Positions 19,148 through 28,165 of a stretch of DNA of 64,000 bases are shown piece by piece. A program made the translations under genes and the position numbers. A model generated the notes under the pieces. The model did not search any database, had not been told where the DNA came from, and saw nothing but the letters and a program-made list of their open reading frames with translations. This DNA comes from Bacillota bacterium (lineage in GTDB: Bacteria > Bacillota > UBA994 > UBA5500), in assembly GCA_023436245.1 (NCBI GenBank), contig JAEZJZ010000078.1, positions 79,758-143,757 on the forward strand, read 5' to 3'. The stretch's first letter is position 1; every line of letters starts with the position of its first letter.

Positions 19148-19252
19148 CGTCCTCCCAGATTACGAGCGATTGAGAACAGTACAGGGCTGCCCGCCGAGGG
19201 CGGCCCATTAACCTAACCTAGACCATAGACCTTGGGGGAGGCGGATGCACAC

Positions 19253-20278
19253 ATGGCTAGACCGGCTAAAGCAACAGTGGACTACTTCCCGCATTACGTG
19301 GCTGCAGGGAGGACTCTTTACATACTAGAGAACACCTTCGGTAATGACGGCTACGCGTTCTGGTTCAAGCTGCTGGAGGTCCTGGGAGATACAGAGGGCC
19401 ACGCATATGACTGCAATGCCACCGGCGCCTTTGAGTACCTGTGTGCCAAGGCCAGGGTTGGCGAGGAAACGGCCAATCAGATCCTTGACCTGCTGGCTAA
19501 GCTGAAGGCCATCGATGCTGAGCTCTGGGATTACCGCATCATCTGGGTGCAGCGCCTGGTGGACAACATTGCGGACGCTTACCGCAAGCGGAAGTGCGCT
19601 GTTCCGTGCCGCCCCGCGATTCCGCGGGAGAAACTCGACTTTGAAGAGGTTTCTGACGCCGGAAACCCGACCAATCTGCAATCTGCTGGCATTTCCGGCG
19701 TCGGAAATCCGCAAACCAAACTAAACCAAACTAAACCAAAGGAGACTATACCCCCCTTACCCCCCACAGAGGGCGACAGTTCTTCGGAGCAGCCGGCCCC
19801 GCCAGAGGAGGGGTGTGTGGGTGGGAAGCCCTCGCCATTGTCTGCTGTTCTCCTAGAGTTCACGCGTTACGGTCCTGTGGCACAGGAGAGTCTGCGGGAC
19901 TATTGGGCAATGATCGCCGAGTCGAAGCCCAGGGGGCTTTCCCCGAAGGCCGTGGGACGAATGATGCAGCGCTGGGAACAGCATTCGGCGGACGTGGTGA
20001 TCGAGGCGGTGGAACTCCACTTGCGCAAGTACCAGGACAAGAACGAGGAATACACGGACGGGATAGTCGCCCGCCTGGCCAGGGAACGGGCCTCGGGTGT
20101 TATTCAGCCTATCTCCGACCGCAGGCAGCGACGGAGAAGCCGGCCGAGCCACGGCGACGCGCCATCTGGCCCCAGTCCTTGGGACGACATTAGGCTCTAC
20201 AAGACGCACCTTCCTGGCGGGAAGGACTACGCTGGCAACCAAGGGGAAGGGGGGACGGCCAATGCCGGCACAGCATAA
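19253..20278 (+). CDS. phage replication initiation protein (DUF4373/Lin1244-like N-terminal domain)
   Basis: ATG after GGGGGAGG. N-terminus VDYFPHYVAAGRTLYILENTFGNDGYAFWFKLLEVLG. Internal iterons present. Confidence 0.6.
   Translation: MARPAKATVDYFPHYVAAGRTLYILENTFGNDGYAFWFKLLEVLGDTEGHAYDCNATGAFEYLCAKARVGEETANQILDLLAKLKAIDAELWDYRIIWVQRLVDNIADAYRKRKCAVPCRPAIPREKLDFEEVSDAGNPTNLQSAGISGVGNPQTKLNQTKPKETIPPLPPTEGDSSSEQPAPPEEGCVGGKPSPLSAVLLEFTRYGPVAQESLRDYWAMIAESKPRGLSPKAVGRMMQRWEQHSADVVIEAVELHLRKYQDKNEEYTDGIVARLARERASGVIQPISDRRQRRRSRPSHGDAPSGPSPWDDIRLYKTHLPGGKDYAGNQGEGGTANAGTA
19650..19745. repeat. candidate phage origin: inverted repeat plus three AAACCAAACT iterons inside the rep gene
   Basis: GACGCCGGAAA and TTTCCGGCGTC inverted repeat, with ATTTCCG/CGGAAAT around it. 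Three direct repeats of AAACCAAACT follow. Confidence 0.45.
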
Positions 20279-20430
20279 GCGCCGCGGGAAAGTGGCGAGG
20301 GAGCGAAGGCGGCAAGCCGCGAGCATCAGGAACAGGATAGTGTTGGTGCACTTCCCCGCCGAGCATGAGCGGCGTGACCCATATCGCCCTGGCTTCCTGG
20401 TGCTCGAGGCAGAGCTGGAGGTGGCGCAAA

Positions 20431-21201
20431 GTGTCTGAAAAGGTTCGGGCTGCAGATATCATCGTTGCGCTCGCAAAGAAGCACGAGAAGCGGGATCTGT
20501 TCTTCACGGAGGTTTGCGCAGGCGGCGCAAGTAACGGCCGCCGGTTGGATGCTGTTGCCGTCATGCCAAGCTGGAAAGATCGGCGGGTCTGTGGCTATGA
20601 GGTCAAAGTCAGCCGGTCGGACTTTCTGAGGGACGACAAGTGGCCGGCATATCTGTCAGTCTGTCACCAGTTCTCCTTCGCCTGCCCTGCCGGGTTGATA
20701 GCAAAGGAGGAGCTCAACGACAACATTGGGCTGCTCTATTACTACCCCGAGTCAGGTGCACTAAAGACGATTCGGAAACCGGTCTACAGGGAGGATTGTG
20801 ACCCGATTGACGTCGTCTGGAGCATCCTGATCAACCGGGTGGAGGACTCCGGGAGTCAGATCAGTGCCCGACTTAGGACTGTGGAGAGGCTGAGGGGCTA
20901 CGTGAAGGATGGCAGTGACCTGAGAAACTTGGGGCACATGCTGGGCACCGTGATGGCCAGGCGGGTTTCTGGACTGGAGAACGAGCTAAGCGACGCAAAG
21001 TGGGAGATCACAAACCTCCAGAGAGAGAACAACAGGCTCAGTGACCTGGTGCGAAGGCTGACGCGCGATACGGCGCAGACCCTGACCAGTACCCAGGCAG
21101 CGAGAGAGCTAGAGCGCATTGTCGGGCTCTCTGAGCGTGTATCGGCGATGGCGAAAGACCTCGCTGGTCGGGTTGGCCATACGGAGGTGGCGGGGCAATG
21201 A
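20431..21201 (+). CDS. hypothetical phage protein (N-terminal globular region; possible nuclease fold, unverified) with C-terminal coiled coil
   Basis: GTG 6 nt after GGAGGTGG. The acidic/basic pattern AVAVMPSWKDRRVCGYEVKVSRSDF may suggest a PD-(D/E)XK fold. Confidence 0.35.
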   Translation: MSEKVRAADIIVALAKKHEKRDLFFTEVCAGGASNGRRLDAVAVMPSWKDRRVCGYEVKVSRSDFLRDDKWPAYLSVCHQFSFACPAGLIAKEELNDNIGLLYYYPESGALKTIRKPVYREDCDPIDVVWSILINRVEDSGSQISARLRTVERLRGYVKDGSDLRNLGHMLGTVMARRVSGLENELSDAKWEITNLQRENNRLSDLVRRLTRDTAQTLTSTQAARELERIVGLSERVSAMAKDLAGRVGHTEVAGQ

Positions 21202-21614
21202 GTGACCGCCAAAACAACACAACCAGAACCGGCCTCGGTCATCTCATCGCCTTCACTGTGCCTGGCCGCCCCGTTCCCGCCGTCCGCATGACCCAGCGGG
21301 GCAAGTGGGTCAAGGAGAACGCCAAGCGCTACCTGGCATACAAGGACAGTGTCGGTTGGTCTGCAAAGGCGGTTCACTGGGGCCTGATTAGGGGCCTCGT
21401 GAGAGTTGAGATACACCTGTACCTGACGAACGACAAGCCCATCGGCGACGTGGACAACTACGCCAAGGCAATTCTTGATGGCCTTAACGGCGTTGTGTGG
21501 GTGGACGACACCCAGGTGGCTCAGCTACACGTATACCGGCACATGGCGGCGCCTCAGAGGGCTGAGGTGCAGGTCCGGGAACTGAATGCAGAGGAGGTGG
21601 CCGCTGTGGGGTAG
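21198..21614 (+). CDS. rusA: RusA-family Holliday junction resolvase
   Basis: DVDNYAKAILDGLNGVVWVDDTQV is the RusA catalytic motif. Start overlaps the upstream stop (ATGA). Confidence 0.8.
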   Translation: MSDRQNNTTRTGLGHLIAFTVPGRPVPAVRMTQRGKWVKENAKRYLAYKDSVGWSAKAVHWGLIRGLVRVEIHLYLTNDKPIGDVDNYAKAILDGLNGVVWVDDTQVAQLHVYRHMAAPQRAEVQVRELNAEEVAAVG

Positions 21615-21792
21615 TGCTAACCAAAGAGCAGTTCCGAGAGCTCGTCCTGGAAGACCAGGAACGACGCCGTGAGCGCGAAAAGTGCCGCCAGAGCCAGTGG
21701 ACGTCATACCAGGTCGAGAAGGGCGGACGCATCCGAAGTGGCGCGTTCACTGCGGCCAGAGGGCCTGAGGCTTTGAGAGGAGGCGGTCGGTG

Positions 21793-21945
21793 ATGTTGGA
21801 TAACCGGGTCTGTCCGTTGTGCGGTGGGCACCTGGACTGGATGAAGGTCGGAGCGAGAGAACTGTATCGGTGCGGGTCCTGCGTGCGGCAGATGACCGCG
21901 CAGGAGGTGGAGGACTACCGGCGGGAGGGGGAGGCGACTGTATGA
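21793..21945 (+). CDS. 50-aa zinc-ribbon protein
   Basis: ATG after GAGAGGAGG. CPLCGG...CGSC. Stop overlaps the next start (ATGA). Confidence 0.3.
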   Translation: MLDNRVCPLCGGHLDWMKVGARELYRCGSCVRQMTAQEVEDYRREGEATV

Positions 21946-22574
21946 GAATGACTGATGTTTTGATCAGGTTTGGGTGCGCTCTGCGCCAATCATTCGCGCC
22001 ATCGGTCGTGGAAGAGCTATTGAACCGGGCGCAGCAGGCCGAACGTGACCGTGACAGAGCGTTGGAGCAGATAGAGGAAATCGAGCACCAACGGGATAGC
22101 CTGGAGGCCAAGCTTGATGAGTTGACATCCGCGAGGGGTACTCGGAGCAGAGCTCTGCAGCTAGTCAATCAGGAGCGAACCCGGCAGGACAGCAAGTGGG
22201 GCGAACAGAATCATCCGCCAGTCTTCTGGACAGGCATCTTGGGTGAGGAGTTTGGCGAGCTGTGTCAGGCGGTCAACGAGACCGTGTTTGACAACGGGCC
22301 GGAGGAACGCAAGAAGGGCGGCGTGGACAACATGATGCGCGAGGCCTGCCAGGTGGCTGCCGTGGCGGTGTCGTTCATGGAGTGTCTGATGAGAGCTTCG
22401 CAGCGTGAACAAGACGAAGGTTGTCGCGGCTGTGATTGGGCTTGGTTGAACAAAGATAGAATGCATGTCATTGGGTGCAGTAAAGGGCGGAGCGCCGAAG
22501 AACGGCTCACCTGTGAGCGAAGAGAAATAATTCACTGCGCCGATGCGAAAGCAGTACCTGGTAGCCTAGGCTAA
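21942..22574 (+). CDS. putative MazG-like nucleotide pyrophosphohydrolase domain protein
   Basis: ATG after GGGAGGGGGAGG. RTRQDSKWGEQNHPPVFWTGILGEEFGELCQAV resembles the MazG/DUF550 core. Confidence 0.4.
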   Translation: MRMTDVLIRFGCALRQSFAPSVVEELLNRAQQAERDRDRALEQIEEIEHQRDSLEAKLDELTSARGTRSRALQLVNQERTRQDSKWGEQNHPPVFWTGILGEEFGELCQAVNETVFDNGPEERKKGGVDNMMREACQVAAVAVSFMECLMRASQREQDEGCRGCDWAWLNKDRMHVIGCSKGRSAEERLTCERREIIHCADAKAVPGSLG

Positions 22575-22591
22575 ATAGGGAGGCGGGAAAG

Positions 22592-22924
22592 GTGACCTGT
22601 TTGCTCGGAACTTGCCCTGTGTGCGGCGAGCTGGTTTGGGAAGGCGATTGGATATGGGTGGACAAGCACCTCCACCCTGGGTGCTGGGAAGCGTACCTGT
22701 TGGCTGAGCTCAGTGGGTTGCTGATGGACAAACACCCTGGGAGCGAACGCCTTCGCCCACTTGTGGCAGAGCTAACAAGGAGAACGCGCGATCGGGCAGT
22801 CGAAGACGGGGAAGCGTGGACTGAAGCCGAGCGACTAGTCAGGCGCTCCTTCGATAAAGCTGCATCGCTGGAGGAGTTCATTGAGCGGATAAAGCCAGGG
22901 CTAATAGGGATTCTGAGGCGATAG
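22592..22924 (+). CDS. hypothetical Cys/His-rich protein
   Basis: GTG after GGGAGG. CPVCGE...HPGCW. Confidence 0.4.
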   Translation: MTCLLGTCPVCGELVWEGDWIWVDKHLHPGCWEAYLLAELSGLLMDKHPGSERLRPLVAELTRRTRDRAVEDGEAWTEAERLVRRSFDKAASLEEFIERIKPGLIGILRR

Positions 22925-22940
22925 AAGGGGAGGCGGGGCT

Positions 22941-23393
22941 GTGGCAGTCTTGAACAGTAGAACCTATAAGCAAATAGAGTGGCGCCTGTACCATTACCAC
23001 GAGCTGCGGCGCCAGGTGGAGGACTCGCCGAATCAGAGGCTTGACGTGCTGCATCGGAGTCGGACGCCGGCGACTCCTGGGGGTGGAGGGGTAGCTCACA
23101 GATCGGATCCGACGGCCAGCAAGGTGCTGCAGATAGTGCAAATCGAAGACCAGCAGGCCGAGGCCAAGCGATGGGTGGAAGTCATTGAGCAGGTGATTCG
23201 GCGATATGGCCGAAACCCTCAGGACCGGCTGAAGGGGCAGCTGCTTGAGTTAAGGTACTTCGCGCAGATGGACGAGGGCTACATCAGCCAGAGGCTCTGC
23301 ATTGACCGGTCAACCTTTTACTTCTGGAAGGCTGAGATTGTTACATATGCGGCCCTGATTGCGGCGCAACACGGGTTGCTTAAGGTTAGCTGA
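22941..23393 (+). CDS. ArpU/RinA-family phage late transcriptional activator
   Basis: YKQIEWRLYHYHEL...ELRYF. Size and position just before terminase fit the family. Confidence 0.6.
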   Translation: MAVLNSRTYKQIEWRLYHYHELRRQVEDSPNQRLDVLHRSRTPATPGGGGVAHRSDPTASKVLQIVQIEDQQAEAKRWVEVIEQVIRRYGRNPQDRLKGQLLELRYFAQMDEGYISQRLCIDRSTFYFWKAEIVTYAALIAAQHGLLKVS

Positions 23394-23483
23394 TTTCTGA
23401 CTGCTGGTTATGACTGGGGGTATTGTCACTCTGTTTGCGTGAGGTGTAAACTGGAGAAAAGAGGATCGGAGTGGATAGCCGTC

Positions 23484-23711
23484 ATGACCAGGGTTCGGAT
23501 GATACCTCCCGGCGAAACACCCCAGAGCAACAGAAGGATGTTATTGGCGATGGTAGTTGGGTTCCTGGCTGTACAAGTTGCGAATGTGCTGTTGGTGCGA
23601 AGCGCTGTGCCATTCGCTTTCAGAATGATGATCTGCGCAGCAGTGTTCTGTGTCGTGACCAATGCGATCTTTCCATTCTGGCGAGTCCGATTCACCCGTC
23701 GAGGGATGTGA
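23484..23711 (+). CDS. small two-TM membrane protein; paralog of 63162..63425
   Basis: C-terminus ...NAIFPFWRVRFTRRGM versus ...NLIYPFWRVRFTRRQG at 63.4 kb. Confidence 0.4.
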   Translation: MTRVRMIPPGETPQSNRRMLLAMVVGFLAVQVANVLLVRSAVPFAFRMMICAAVFCVVTNAIFPFWRVRFTRRGM

Positions 23712-23755
23712 CATCACCTCTTGGTGGCCGGCGGTAGACTAAGGAGGTGCGTCTA

Positions 23756-23932
23756 GTGAACTGGACTGGACTCTTCGGCTATGCCCTAGGGGTGACAGTG
23801 TTCCTTTTCCTCTTCCGATTTCCATTGATCTGGTTTCTTGGTATTCGAGGTTTAGAGCAGGAACTGAAAGAGGCAAACGAGAGCTTGCGAGAAATTCGGC
23901 AGGAGCTCGAAGGACTGCGCCCCCGGCAATGA
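23756..23932 (+). CDS. small membrane/coiled-coil protein
   Basis: GTG 6 nt after AAGGAGGTG. One TM helix then a coiled coil. Confidence 0.35.
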   Translation: MNWTGLFGYALGVTVFLFLFRFPLIWFLGIRGLEQELKEANESLREIRQELEGLRPRQ

Positions 23933-24153
23933 TTGGGGTATGAACACCGTGAACAAGTTGACATAAGACAGAAATGTCTAGGACAGACTTACCGTTTTCT
24001 CGTGGTAAGATGATAGGGGGAGCGAGTGGCTACGACCACCGCCTCGATGGGGAATAACCGCCCGAGCAAAGTGCCGGGCGGTTTTGTATCCCCGCGATCC
24101 CCGAAGGTTGACCGCGCAATCAAGGAAGAGTTCCAGGTCAAATGGAATAGGGC

Positions 24154-24843
24154 TTAGCGACGACGGTCCGGTAGGAACCACTTGAGTAGAGAGCTTCCAA
24201 CGCTTTCTTGCAGCATATCATTGACAGAGTTATCTACCCTGAGAACGATATTATTGATGAAGCCGAGATAAGCAATAACGTATGGCTTGGTTATAGTTCC
24301 CTCAGGAATATCAGTTCGATGTGCAATCGCGCAACGGTCGGTCACGTAATCGTCCAGCCTGCTCCTTGCTTTGTCTCGACTCATGTTTTTCCAGTGCCAT
24401 GTACTCGTAATATCGTCAATGGCTAGCAGCTCCCGAAAAAGCGCCTGGACATTATCGGTTCTTGGTGTATTGAAGCCAGAAATCCTCTTCCCGATGACTT
24501 CATGACGGTAATCGCTCAAGACTTGCTTCCACCCGTCGCCGGCTAGTTGCCACAGCCTTCTATGATCTTCATCCTTCTTGAGAACCGCACTGGCAGCAGC
24601 CCTAATCTTCACTGGGATTTGCTTGTGGCTGGTGCTCTTCTTCAGAAGGAACTCATATGCCTCGGTGCAGATGTCCTCAACGTAGGCCTCCCAGCAAGCT
24701 GTAATCAGAACCACAGCACTTCTATTAAGCACACTTAGGTCAAAACGTCGACCTCGCTTCGTTCCGCCTTGTTCTGAATGAATTCGCATCAGGGCGTCAA
24801 TATCGGAGCTATTTGCTTTGAAGCTCTCATAGGCCAATGACAT
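24154..24843 (-). CDS. HEPN-family (RiboL-PSP/MAE_28990-like) protein; putative abortive-infection RNase moron
   Basis: Rx4H motif RCAIAH. N-terminal AVVLITACWEAYVEDI pattern. Own AGAGGAG SD. Opposite strand to the late operon and lower GC. Confidence 0.45.
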   Translation of the reverse strand: MSLAYESFKANSSDIDALMRIHSEQGGTKRGRRFDLSVLNRSAVVLITACWEAYVEDICTEAYEFLLKKSTSHKQIPVKIRAAASAVLKKDEDHRRLWQLAGDGWKQVLSDYRHEVIGKRISGFNTPRTDNVQALFRELLAIDDITSTWHWKNMSRDKARSRLDDYVTDRCAIAHRTDIPEGTITKPYVIAYLGFINNIVLRVDNSVNDMLQESVGSSLLKWFLPDRRR

Positions 24844-25011
24844 ACACAGCGACTCCTCTCGCTCCTAACTTGGCTCAACCGTATTATATTCTCTATCCTA
24901 TCCCTATATTTTAGCAAGCGATATAGTTGGAGATCTCGCAGCAGAGGCAATGCTTGCTGCCACAGCATAGTAGTCTCTTTGCCGCACCATTCGCGTTGGG
25001 GGGTGGCCAGA

Positions 25012-25512
25012 ATGGCCAAACTGACGGCCAGGCAAGAACGCTTCGTGGAGGAATACCTGATAGACCTTAACGCAACTCAAGCCGCAATCAGGGCTGGCTA
25101 CAGCGTGAAGACAGCAAATGAGCAGGGGTCTCGACTGTTGTCAAATGTTAGTGTTCGCGCGCGCATAGACGAGGCCTTGGCCGAGCGCTCCCGGCGTACT
25201 GGCATCAACCAGGACCGGGTATTGCGCGAGCTCGCCCGGCTTGCCTTCGTTAACGCTCCGGACCTGATCAACGTCACCGACGCGACGCTCCTAGAGGATG
25301 CCTCGCCCGACGACACCGCAGCCATCGCCTCGGTCAAGGTCAAACGCCGTGCAACCGATGACGGCGATGAGGTCGAGCGAGAGATCCGCCTAGCTGACAA
25401 ACTCAAGGCCTTGGAGCTCCTCGGCAAGCATCTCGGAATGTTCACCGATCGGCTGGCCGTGGACATCACCGGCGTCAAGATCGTAGATGACATCGGTGGC
25501 GAGAAAGCGTGA
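25012..25512 (+). CDS. terS: terminase small subunit (P27/Terminase_2 family)
   Basis: LTARQERFVEEYLIDLNATQAAIRAGYS. Confidence 0.7.
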   Translation: MAKLTARQERFVEEYLIDLNATQAAIRAGYSVKTANEQGSRLLSNVSVRARIDEALAERSRRTGINQDRVLRELARLAFVNAPDLINVTDATLLEDASPDDTAAIASVKVKRRATDDGDEVEREIRLADKLKALELLGKHLGMFTDRLAVDITGVKIVDDIGGEKA

Positions 25513-26780
25513 AGCAGGTTAGCCTGAGCAACCTCATCGCTCCCAGCTTCCACGACCTACATCAGGACATCAAGCAGGGCCTGCATACCCACCATTGGCT
25601 GAAGGGCGGACGCGGCAGCACCAAGAGTTCATTTGTCAGTCTGGAGATCATCTTGGGTATGATGAAGCACCCCGAGGCTAACGCGGTCGCGCTGCGCAAG
25701 GTCGGCGTCAACCTCAAGGACAGCGTCTATGAGCAGTTGCAGTGGGCGATTCAGGCTCTAGGGGTGGACCAGTACTGGGACTCGAAGTTAAGCCCTCTTG
25801 AACTCATCTACAGGCCGACTGGGCAGCGCATCATCTTTCGCGGCGCCGACCGCCCGAAGAAGATCAAATCGACCAAGTTCCGTAGAGGATATGCCAGATA
25901 CATCTGGTATGAGGAAGTGGACGAGTTCGGCGGACCAGAAGAGATCCGTATGATCAACCAGTCGCTGATGCGCGGTGGTGAGCAGTTCACAGTTTTCTAC
26001 TCGTACAACCCGCCGCAGAGCCAGCGCAACTGGGTGAACACCGAAGTCCTCGATGAGAGGCCGGACCGCGTGGTCCACCATAGCACTTACCTGACTGTTC
26101 CCCGGTATTGGCTGGGCGAACAGTTTTTTGTTGAGGCGGAGCACCTGAAGGCGACCAAGCCCGAGAAGTACGAGCATGAGTACATGGGCAAGGTCACCGG
26201 TACCGGAGGCGAGGTGTTCACCAACCTGACCATCCGCAAGATTACCGATGAGGAGATTGCCGGTTTTGACCGCATTCACCGCGGATTGGACTTCGGCTAC
26301 GCAGAAGACCCACTCCACTACACAGTCAATCACTACGACCGAAAGCGCCGACGGCTCTACATCTTCTTCGAGATCCACGCAACGAGGCTGAAGAACAGCC
26401 TGGCAGTGGCGCAAATCAAGAGGGAGAACGCAGGCAATCGAACAGTGGTAGCAGACAGCGCCGAGCCGCGGACCATCAATGAGTTCCGCGAGCTCGGCCT
26501 TAACATTCTGCCGGCGAAGAAGGGCCCGGACAGCGTGGAGCACGGCATCAAGTTCCTGCAGGACATGGAGGAGATCGTAATCGATCTGGAGCGCTGCCCG
26601 AACACGGCCCGGGAGTTCATCGGTTACGAACTTGAGAAGGACAGAGAGGGCAACTTCCGGTCGGACTATCCGGATAGAGACAACCACAGCATCGACGCGA
26701 CCAGGTACAGCCTGGAGCACGAGATGCGAAATGCCCGGGCGAAGGTCGGTACCAAGAAATCGGCGTTGGGGGTGAGGTAA
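25509..26780 (+). CDS. terL: terminase large subunit (PBSX XtmB-like)
   Basis: Walker A GGRGSTKS. C-terminal nuclease region. Start overlaps terS (GTGA). Confidence 0.85.
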   Translation: MKQVSLSNLIAPSFHDLHQDIKQGLHTHHWLKGGRGSTKSSFVSLEIILGMMKHPEANAVALRKVGVNLKDSVYEQLQWAIQALGVDQYWDSKLSPLELIYRPTGQRIIFRGADRPKKIKSTKFRRGYARYIWYEEVDEFGGPEEIRMINQSLMRGGEQFTVFYSYNPPQSQRNWVNTEVLDERPDRVVHHSTYLTVPRYWLGEQFFVEAEHLKATKPEKYEHEYMGKVTGTGGEVFTNLTIRKITDEEIAGFDRIHRGLDFGYAEDPLHYTVNHYDRKRRRLYIFFEIHATRLKNSLAVAQIKRENAGNRTVVADSAEPRTINEFRELGLNILPAKKGPDSVEHGIKFLQDMEEIVIDLERCPNTAREFIGYELEKDREGNFRSDYPDRDNHSIDATRYSLEHEMRNARAKVGTKKSALGVR

Positions 26781-28165
26781 TGGCCATCATCAGAGACAGA
26801 GAACTCATACCGGATCTCGAGAGTATTCCGGCGCAAATGATCGTGAGCTGCATCAAAGAGCACCAAGTGGGCGTTGCACGGCTGGACAAGCTGGAACAGT
26901 ACTACCTGGGCAATCACCCAATACTGCAGCGAAACCTCGGAGTTACGACAGGGCTGCCCAATAATCGTCTGGTGGCCAACCACGCCAAGTACATCACGGA
27001 TATCGTGGTCGGCTATGTCACCGGCAACCCGGTGCGGTACAACGGCGAGGGGCTGGACGAGCTACTTCGCATCTATGAGCAGGTGGACATCGTCTCCCAT
27101 GATGCCGAGTTGGCCAAAGACTTGTCCATCTTCGGCGTCGGCCGGGAACTCTACTTCATGTCTAGCGACGAAACGCCTATCCCCAAGACCACGGTCATTG
27201 ACCCTCGACAGATCTTCCTGGTGGTGGATGACTCAGTTGAGTACCGGCCATTGTTCGGTGTGCACTACTACCCAAAGCGCGACATCAACAACCAGCTCGC
27301 CGGGTGGAACGTGCTGGTCTACACGGCCGCAGCCGTCACCAGGTACTTCACCAAGGCGCTGGACGCGCCGGACTATCAGCAGATTGACCAGCAGCCGCAT
27401 TACTTCGGCGCCGTGCCTGTCGTTGAGTTCTGGAACAACGAGGAGTGCCAAGGCGACTTCGAGCAGCAGATCAGTCTGATCGATGCATACAACGTCCTGC
27501 AATCCGATCGGGTGAACGACAAGGAGCAGCTGGTGGACGCAATCCTTATGCTGAAGGGCCTGTCGTTGGGCGATGACGAGGAAGAGGCCTCCCGGGCAAT
27601 CACACAGCTCAAGAAGTACAAGGTGCTGGAGATGCCGATGGCCGAGTCTGATGCGGCCTGGCTGACCAAGCAGTTGAACGAGACCGAGGTGGAGGTGCTC
27701 AGGCAATCCATCCGCCAGGACATTCACGAGTTCAGCATGGTCCCGAACCTAACCGATGAGAACTTCGCTTCGAACGCCTCCGGGGTGGCCATGAAGTACA
27801 AGCTGCTCGGTCTAGAGCAGTTGGCCAAGAACAAGGAGCGTTACTTCGTTCAGGGCCTTCGCGAGCGTCTCAAGCTCTTCGCCAACATTCTGCGCGTTAA
27901 GGGCAAAGCCATCGACGTAAGTGGCGTCGAGATAGTGATGAACCGCAACCTGCCGGCCAACGATCTGGAGATTGCTCAGACCATCTCGACTCTGGCCAAC
28001 ATGGTGTCCAACGAGACGCTGATCTCCCAACTGTCCTTCGTGCATGACGCGGCTGAAGAGACCAAGAAGGTTGTTGCCCAGAAGGACGAAGAAGCCAGGC
28101 GACAGCAGGAGATGTTTAGCCAACAGTTCCCGAAGGACGACCAGGTAGACGAGGATGAGGAGTAG
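26780..28165 (+). CDS. portal protein (SPP1 gp6-like)
   Basis: 461 aa. Position after terL. Start overlaps the upstream stop (TAATG). Confidence 0.75.
   Translation: MAIIRDRELIPDLESIPAQMIVSCIKEHQVGVARLDKLEQYYLGNHPILQRNLGVTTGLPNNRLVANHAKYITDIVVGYVTGNPVRYNGEGLDELLRIYEQVDIVSHDAELAKDLSIFGVGRELYFMSSDETPIPKTTVIDPRQIFLVVDDSVEYRPLFGVHYYPKRDINNQLAGWNVLVYTAAAVTRYFTKALDAPDYQQIDQQPHYFGAVPVVEFWNNEECQGDFEQQISLIDAYNVLQSDRVNDKEQLVDAILMLKGLSLGDDEEEASRAITQLKKYKVLEMPMAESDAAWLTKQLNETEVEVLRQSIRQDIHEFSMVPNLTDENFASNASGVAMKYKLLGLEQLAKNKERYFVQGLRERLKLFANILRVKGKAIDVSGVEIVMNRNLPANDLEIAQTISTLANMVSNETLISQLSFVHDAAEETKKVVAQKDEEARRQQEMFSQQFPKDDQVDEDEE

Noticed and set aside
23650-23711. att-core duplication implied by the PFWRVRFTRR-encoding repeats at 23.7 and 63.4 kb
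   Set aside because: The first copy lies between arpU and terS in the middle of contiguous phage modules, so it cannot be an attachment junction. Paralogy is the simpler explanation.
25788-26720. 310-aa antisense ORF inside terL
   Set aside because: Overlaps the Walker-A-containing terminase large subunit. No SD.
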